From Candidatus Hydrogenedentota bacterium (GTDB lineage: Bacteria; Hydrogenedentota; Hydrogenedentia; Hydrogenedentales; SLHB01), in assembly GCA_045863295.1 (NCBI GenBank), contig BTWA01000009.1:1-64000 (forward strand): DNA of 64,000 nucleotides, written 5' to 3'. The notes beneath the pieces are model-generated. The model saw only the letters and a program-made list of their open reading frames with translations. It made no database searches and had not been told where the DNA came from. Below are positions 58,870 to 64,000 of this stretch, in pieces. Position numbers and translations under genes: made by a program. Within the stretch, counting starts at the first letter, position 1; each line of letters begins with the position of its first letter.

Positions 58870-60125
58870 CACTGTCCGGATCGCGCAAAACGAAAACCTG
58901 CGTCGCCGCGTTGGCTCTGGTACTGCTTACCGGTACCGCCTCCATTCCCGGCTGTCCATTCTTTCCTCCACGGGAAGAAGAGGAAATCATCGTGCCCGGC
59001 GAATTGGAAGAGCCCGCGCTGGCACTTGAACTGTTCGCCACCGGATTCACACAACCCCTGTTCTTGACCTCGCCCCGCCTCGACTTCAGCCGTATCTTCG
59101 TTGTCGAGCGCGCCGGTTATATCTGGCTCATCAAAGGGGGTGACCGGCTCTTCACGCCATTCCTGGATATCTCCGCCATCGTGCTGACGACCAATCTCGA
59201 ACAGGGCCTGTTGGGCGTGGCGTTTCATCCCCAGTACGCGGTGAACGGCCACTTCTACATCACCTACGTCGAGGCCGGTGGGTCACTCGTATTGGCCCGG
59301 TACACCCGTATGGCCGGCAATCCAAATCTCGCCGACCCCGCCTCCGCGAAAGTCCTCATGACCATCGCGCAACCCCGCGCCAATCACAAGGGCGGAATGA
59401 TCGCCTTCGGCCCTGACGGCTACCTCTACTTCGGCACAGGCGACGGCGGAGGGGACGTCTGGTTCTCCAACGGCGCGCAAAAGCTAGATTCCCTGCTCGG
59501 AAAAATGCTCCGCATCGATGTCGACCACGGCGACCCGTATCAGATACCCCTGTCCAATCCGTTTATCCAAAATCCCAACGCGTTCGGCGAAATCTGGGCC
59601 ATCGGCTTTCGCAACCCATGGCGATGGAGCTTCGATTCCCTCACCGGCGATCTCTACATCGCCGACGTCGGCCTGCTTCACAAAGAAGAACTCAACTTTC
59701 AATCCGGCACCAGCCTCGGCGGTCAGAACTACGGCTGGTGGATCGCCGAAGGGTTCACCTGTGTCGACGGTCTCGGCACCTGCGGCACCAACGAAGGCTT
59801 CACGCCGCCCATCCTGGACCTCGGGCGCGACGTGGCGCGCGCCATCACCGGCGGCTACGTCTATCGTGGACTTGCCATGCCCGGACTCCGCGGCACCTAC
59901 TTCTTCGGCGACCACATCACCCGCCGCATCTGGTCCCTCGAATACGACGGCGCCGCCATCTCGAACTATATCGAACGCACCCAGGAACTCGCTCCGCCCG
60001 ACGGCCGCACCCTCGGCTTTCTGCCCTCGTTCGGACAGGACGCCCACGGCGAACTCTACCTCTGCGACTTCGCCGACGGCGAAATCTACAAAATCGTCCC
60101 CGCCGAAACCGCATGGAATTCATGA
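58866..60125 (+). CDS. PQQ-dependent sugar dehydrogenase, tandem paralog
   Basis: Same motifs (EQGLLG, NHKGG, GFRNPWR, ITGGYVYRG); GTGA overlap with the previous gene. Confidence 0.92.
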   Translation: MTLSGSRKTKTCVAALALVLLTGTASIPGCPFFPPREEEEIIVPGELEEPALALELFATGFTQPLFLTSPRLDFSRIFVVERAGYIWLIKGGDRLFTPFLDISAIVLTTNLEQGLLGVAFHPQYAVNGHFYITYVEAGGSLVLARYTRMAGNPNLADPASAKVLMTIAQPRANHKGGMIAFGPDGYLYFGTGDGGGDVWFSNGAQKLDSLLGKMLRIDVDHGDPYQIPLSNPFIQNPNAFGEIWAIGFRNPWRWSFDSLTGDLYIADVGLLHKEELNFQSGTSLGGQNYGWWIAEGFTCVDGLGTCGTNEGFTPPILDLGRDVARAITGGYVYRGLAMPGLRGTYFFGDHITRRIWSLEYDGAAISNYIERTQELAPPDGRTLGFLPSFGQDAHGELYLCDFADGEIYKIVPAETAWNS

Positions 60126-60545
60126 TGCCTCGATTTCTGTACCGCCGCGCCAGGCAGGGGGGCGGTACTGGCGCGCCGGGAATGAATGATTGCGGCTTTG
60201 TAACTCCATTCGTGGTTCTTATGAGTTCAGAGTGAATGCTCCTCTTGGCAATGCCCCCTATAATATTGTCTTTCCGTTGCATTTCCTTAGCGGATTGAAA
60301 CAAGGGTAAATGATGGATATTCTCGGTTTGAACACTTGCGCCGAGGGCGTTTTCGTGATACGGTTTTATGATCGGGACACTCTTTGGTGACCGATAGGGT
60401 TTCCGCCCAATCCCGATTTGAAATGACTGCGCGATTCGAAGTTGAGACCTTGCGGTCATGGGGAACTGCACCCATTGGGCATGTGGCGGGTAATTTGGGC
60501 AGGGATACCCAGTCGACGTTAGGTCACATATTTCCTTTTGCATTC

Positions 60546-60784
60546 CGGCCTGAAGGGCCATCACATGATAGCCTGGGGCAACGCCCCAGGATCGGGGACA
60601 CACCTACGTCGAGCACTGAAAGTGCGGCACATCGGATTTGCACTATTGCGGCAGGCCGTGTGAACGACGAACCCCGCGCAGAATAATTTGTTACGCCCTT
60701 TCAGGGCTTGCGGTTTAGGGCGGGTGATCCCAGGGCGTCACTTCGTTTTGCCCTGGGCTAGTATGTTGCTGGCCTTTCAGGCCG
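60546..60784. repeat. REPIN-like palindromic doublet (GGCCTGAARGGCC family), no transposase
   Basis: Left arm GGCCTGAAGGGCC..TAGCCTGGGGCAACGCCCCAGG..GCACTGAAAGTGC is mirrored by GCCCTTTCAGGGC..CCCAGGGC..GCCCTGGGCTA..GGCCTTTCAGGCC. Confidence 0.75.
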
Positions 60785-60994
60785 TGGGAGAAGATCTAAT
60801 TTCTATTTTGGGGTTCCCCCGTTTTTTACCGGTCACAATGAGGGATGTACGTGTGGGATTGGCGGTTGTGGGTGTGCGGCAGGTCTGCGAACGCGACAAG
60901 ATGTCGCGTCTACTTTCGCGCCATTGACGCCGTGGCCATGGGCACGTACACTGAATCCAGATCATCCGTGGAGGCAATTGCGGGGTACGTCCGA

Positions 60995-61156
60995 ATGCGC
61001 AAGAAACGAGTCTTGGCATATTTGTTCGCCGGTGCGACTGCTCTGGTCGCCGTGGCGGGGCTTGGAACAATGTACTTCGTGTCGACACACGACATTTATT
61101 TTCATGACACCTATTTCGAATTCAAGGTACCAGACTTCTTCCTCTCGAACCCGTAG
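60995..61156 (+). CDS. Short membrane-anchored ORF, possibly a frameshifted fragment
   Basis: MRKKRVLAYLFAGATALVAVAGLG signal-anchor; an overlapping frame continues to 61247. Confidence 0.35.
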   Translation: MRKKRVLAYLFAGATALVAVAGLGTMYFVSTHDIYFHDTYFEFKVPDFFLSNP

Positions 61157-61267
61157 TCCTTCCCTTCGCTACCCAGAAGTCTTTTTTAAAGACGATCGTT
61201 CCGCGAAGATATTTGAAGTCTTAGACAACGGCCAAAGCTTGTTGTAAATTCGGATGTCGACTTCGGG

Positions 61268-61864
61268 CTATTGCAGCTGCTGCAGTATGTTTTCCAAGCC
61301 GATGTTTGCAAGGGCTGCGAGCGCGGCGATGTTTAAGATCACGGTCACCCAGAATGTGAGTTGAAAACTAAGTTTTCGATTCTTGTGGCGCAGCACACGC
61401 TGGGCGATGAGGGCGCCGGGCCAGCCGCCCAGGAGGGCCACAAGGTGCAGCGTACTCTCCGGGATGCGCCACAGACCGGATTGGGCCTTGGCCTTGTCAT
61501 CGCGATACAGGGTAAACGCCAGGGCACTCATGCCTCCGATGGCGAGCAGCGTCAACACCGGTAGACGCGCCTCGTCGATGGCGTACGCAAGGGCCGCAAG
61601 GCCCGCGGCAATAGCCACGGCCGCCACCCAACCGCCGACGCCTATGCGCGGCGAGCCGTGCGTACTGCAGACGGCGACGCCAACCGCCTTGTCGCCCCGA
61701 TCCGAGGCGACGACTTCGCATGTGACAGCAAGGCCCACAGCAGGACGGTTGCGTTTCGTCACCACGTCGCTGATATGAAAGAATACCTTGCGCGGATTGT
61801 CTGTTAAGGTGATGAAGCCGAATCCGCGTTGATCATTCCACTCTGTGATCGTGCCGTCGCGCAT
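61268..61864 (-). CDS. Cold-shock domain plus DUF1294 membrane protein
   Basis: W..RGFGFI, VFFHISD; DK.KA...WRIPE.TLH, GGWPGA.IAQ...RHK. Confidence 0.92.
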   Translation of the reverse strand: MRDGTITEWNDQRGFGFITLTDNPRKVFFHISDVVTKRNRPAVGLAVTCEVVASDRGDKAVGVAVCSTHGSPRIGVGGWVAAVAIAAGLAALAYAIDEARLPVLTLLAIGGMSALAFTLYRDDKAKAQSGLWRIPESTLHLVALLGGWPGALIAQRVLRHKNRKLSFQLTFWVTVILNIAALAALANIGLENILQQLQ

Positions 61865-62062
61865 GGCGCTCGCGTTATATACTCCAGTAGAAATTGACGA
61901 GGGTAATTATGCACAGGTGGATTTGCCGATTGCAACAGGCCGTGGCTTGGGCATTTTGCACAAGCTGGTAATGTGGTGTCGGTGTACGATACGTGTGATG
62001 CGTGGTGAAAGGGGGCGACATGCGTTTCTCTGAGCGGAAGGATGGCGTAGAACGTTTCTAAT

Positions 62063-62112
62063 CCTCGTTCCCAAGCTTCCACTTGGGAACGTGCTCCCGA
62101 AAAGCTCTGCTT
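62063..62112 (+). repeat. REP arm (left) flanking RAYT
   Basis: CCTCGTTCCCAAGCTTCCACTTGGGAACG...AAGCTCTGCTT. Confidence 0.85.
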
Positions 62113-62122
62113 TGATTCCCAT

Positions 62123-62659
62123 TCACATGGGCAGTAGATCGATCTCCAGAACCGAATGATCGTCGAGATAATAGTTCCTTGCTGACGAATATCGCCAGTG
62201 CTCAGGAAGATCAACATATCCGCGGCGAACCGGGTTATTATGGATATACTCCAGCTTTTGATTGAGCATCTCGTCGTCAAGAATTCGCTGCGGATGAGAA
62301 CCCTCCTGCCAGACCTGATAGGTGCTGTCCGCTTTGTAGCGCTTCTTGTATGCGGTGAACTGTTTGAGCAATCCGGTCCTCCCATCGGTCTCGGCAAGAC
62401 GGATTATCTCACGGGCTGTGAACCCCTTGAATGCCTGAATCACCCTGCGCGGGTTTAGCGCAGCGACGATAAGGTGTACATGGTTTTCCATGATGACGTA
62501 TGCGTACACACGCAACGCTTTTTCGCGGCGGCAAAATTCGAGAGAATGAACAATAACATCGAAATAAGGGCGGGATTGAAAAACCGGTGTCCATTCAACA
62601 ATGGTGCAGGTGAGAAAGTATGCCGCGTCCTGCTCGTGAAATTTATATCGCGATCGCAT
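62123..62659 (-). mobile_element. REP-associated tyrosine transposase (RAYT, IS200-like HUH Y1)
   Basis: YFLTCT, YAYVIMENHVHL (HUH), WQEG, YIHNNPVRRG, W.YSS; bracketed by inverted REPs. Confidence 0.93.
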
Positions 62660-62703
62660 GAGATGAGAATAACGAATGCGGCAGTGGTTTTCATCTAAAC
62701 CCG

Positions 62704-62754
62704 AAGCAGAAGCTTCCCGGGAGGGCGTTCCCAAATGGAAATTTGGGAACGAGG
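62704..62754 (-). repeat. REP arm (right) flanking RAYT
   Basis: Reverse complement CCTCGTTCCCAAATTTCCATTTGGGAACG...AAGCTTCTGCTT. Confidence 0.85.
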
Positions 62755-62835
62755 AAATACTCCTGAACAGTTGTCGATTCCGAGTGTGGAGTAATGTTTA
62801 AGGGTCAGGATCTTGTCACGGCTTCACTAAGCATT

Positions 62836-63786
62836 TTATCCGAATTTCCTGGTTATATAACTTTCCGGGTCCTGTTCAATCGTATCGTATTCAGAGGGGT
62901 GAAACTTCTTGGAATCAAAATCTATTCTTACAGCCTGGACGAATTTTTCGAAATCGGTATTCTGCTCACATAGCTTATTGACGGTTTCCCAGTCGAGCAT
63001 TGGCCGTACGCGTGCGGGGAACATCACAGTAGATGAGTCAAAGTCGGACAAATCAAGTTCGATGATTCCAATGCCAAAGGCAGAAGAGAGTCTTCCAAGC
63101 TCCGTCAGCAAGTCGTCATTCTTTGTTATAGCCGGCGACACCAAGTACCCTTCGTGTGCCCAAGAGGAGTTCGACACGGCTTGAAAAAAGGACTCGCGAT
63201 AGTTTCCTTTGTCGACGGTCTTTTTCAATTCAAACGAGAATAGCCGAACTGCGCTTTTATCGAGTAATTGGTTGAATGCGATCACCTCGTGTTTCCAATC
63301 GTCCAGAGGTAGATAGACTCCGACAATATCCGGATGAAGCCATTCGTTGTATCCGCCCCGCTTTGATTGCTCATGACGTATGGTTTTTGTGTAGATGCGT
63401 CGTCCTCTGGAAAATGTGGGATTCGCGTATACAAAATAAGTTAGCAGGGGATGCAAGTCTCTTTCGTGAAACTTGGTCGATTGGAAATGTTTTTCAGGTT
63501 CATCGGCTTCCAGGTCTGTCAGAACCGCTTCCGTAACATCGGCTTCCCGTTCTTTTAAAATGAACCGGCTTGGCCGCTTGCCAACAGATCTGAATCTGCT
63601 ATTTGGATTGTCTCGCACATCTACGTACAGTCTCGCACCTAATGTATTCCATGGGGTCTTCCCCCGGGTACGTAGCTTCTTGGAAAGCCCTCTAGCATCC
63701 GCTTGTTGCCAAATCTCTTGGAATGTCAACGGTTGAGGGGACTTGCATAACACCTCTTCTGCCAGATCGATAAAGGAATATGACAT
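62836..63786 (-). CDS. HARE-HTH plus HrgA/COG2958-like PD-(D/E)xK nuclease-fold protein
   Basis: GKTPWNTLGARLYVD (HARE-HTH); ERDLHPLL, WLHPDIVG, SFELK, FFQAVSNSSWAHEGYLV; visibly more AT-rich than the core genes. Confidence 0.85.
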   Translation of the reverse strand: MSYSFIDLAEEVLCKSPQPLTFQEIWQQADARGLSKKLRTRGKTPWNTLGARLYVDVRDNPNSRFRSVGKRPSRFILKEREADVTEAVLTDLEADEPEKHFQSTKFHERDLHPLLTYFVYANPTFSRGRRIYTKTIRHEQSKRGGYNEWLHPDIVGVYLPLDDWKHEVIAFNQLLDKSAVRLFSFELKKTVDKGNYRESFFQAVSNSSWAHEGYLVSPAITKNDDLLTELGRLSSAFGIGIIELDLSDFDSSTVMFPARVRPMLDWETVNKLCEQNTDFEKFVQAVRIDFDSKKFHPSEYDTIEQDPESYITRKFG

Positions 63787-63829
63787 GACCTCTCCAACTC
63801 AGGTTCGAAGTAAATAAGTTCCAAGAAGC

Positions 63830-64000
63830 CTACTTCACATTCAACTTCCTCAACTCCGCCATTAGATCTTTGCAGTTGGTGTAGCGATCTTCGCGTTTTT
63901 TGGCGATGCATTTCATGACGACGGTGTCGATGTCGGGGGTGACGATTGGGTTTTTTTCGCTGGGTTTGGGGGGGAGTTCTTTGAGTTGGCGTTCGAGGAC
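63830..64000 (-). CDS. C-terminus of a Hanks-type Ser/Thr protein kinase (partial)
   Basis: ...PPKPSEKNPIVTPDIDTVVMKCIAKKREDRY...* resembles kinase subdomains X-XI. Confidence 0.75.
   Translation of the reverse strand, partial: VLERQLKELPPKPSEKNPIVTPDIDTVVMKCIAKKREDRYTNCKDLMAELRKLNVK

Noticed and set aside
57637..58872. 411-aa antisense ORF
   Set aside because: Mirror of the PQQ dehydrogenase gene
60400..60530. Possible integron attC (GTTAGGT near 60518)
   Set aside because: No convincing RYYYAAC partner or L boxes, and no integrase in the window
60126..60545. AT-richer stretch with short ORF fragments
   Set aside because: I could not recognise any family; it may be a decayed gene
1..64000. 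CRISPR array, tRNA/rRNA, reverse transcriptase, prophage
   Set aside because: No regularly spaced direct repeats, RNA gene signatures, RT motifs or phage genes recognised by eye

Overview
GC-rich bacterial chromosomal window, gene-dense and mostly core or metabolic. The gene style (DUF4838, tandem PQQ-sugar dehydrogenase lipoproteins, TMTC-like protein) suggests a Hydrogenedentes/PVC-like organism; this is inference only. Contents in order: (1) FMN-riboswitch-led operon ribD-ribE-ribBA-ribH-nusB-PHP-unknown membrane protein; (2) tetrapyrrole cluster ccsA-like-hemA-hemC-cobA/hemD-hemB-terC-hemL, where terC is preceded by a 400-bp structured leader ending in an intrinsic terminator; (3) carbohydrate-catabolic locus (two Gfo/Idh/MocA, esterase, PL10 pectate lyase, transglutaminase-like, heparinase/alginate-lyase-like, DUF4838); (4) ArnT-like/GT2/DegT/methyltransferase glycosylation cassette; (5) multi-PAS hybrid kinase, CCA enzyme, rhomboid and a degenerate REC-GGDEF; (6) two paralogous PilP/GspC-like lipoproteins with a TMTC-like protein and RbsD/FucU; (7) a stand-alone acidic repeat/TM/coiled-coil protein; (8) two tiny amphipathic-peptide genes, a pseudo-histidine kinase, a nucleotidyltransferase pseudogene and tandem PQQ dehydrogenases; (9) an accessory end with a RAYT transposase between REP inverted repeats, a HARE-HTH/HrgA-like gene and the 3' end of a Ser/Thr kinase. 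Non-coding highlights are a two-copy ~190-bp MITE with YTAG target duplications and three different palindromic repeat families. I found no CRISPR array, rRNA, tRNA or reverse transcriptase. All family assignments come from motif recognition by eye, not database searches.
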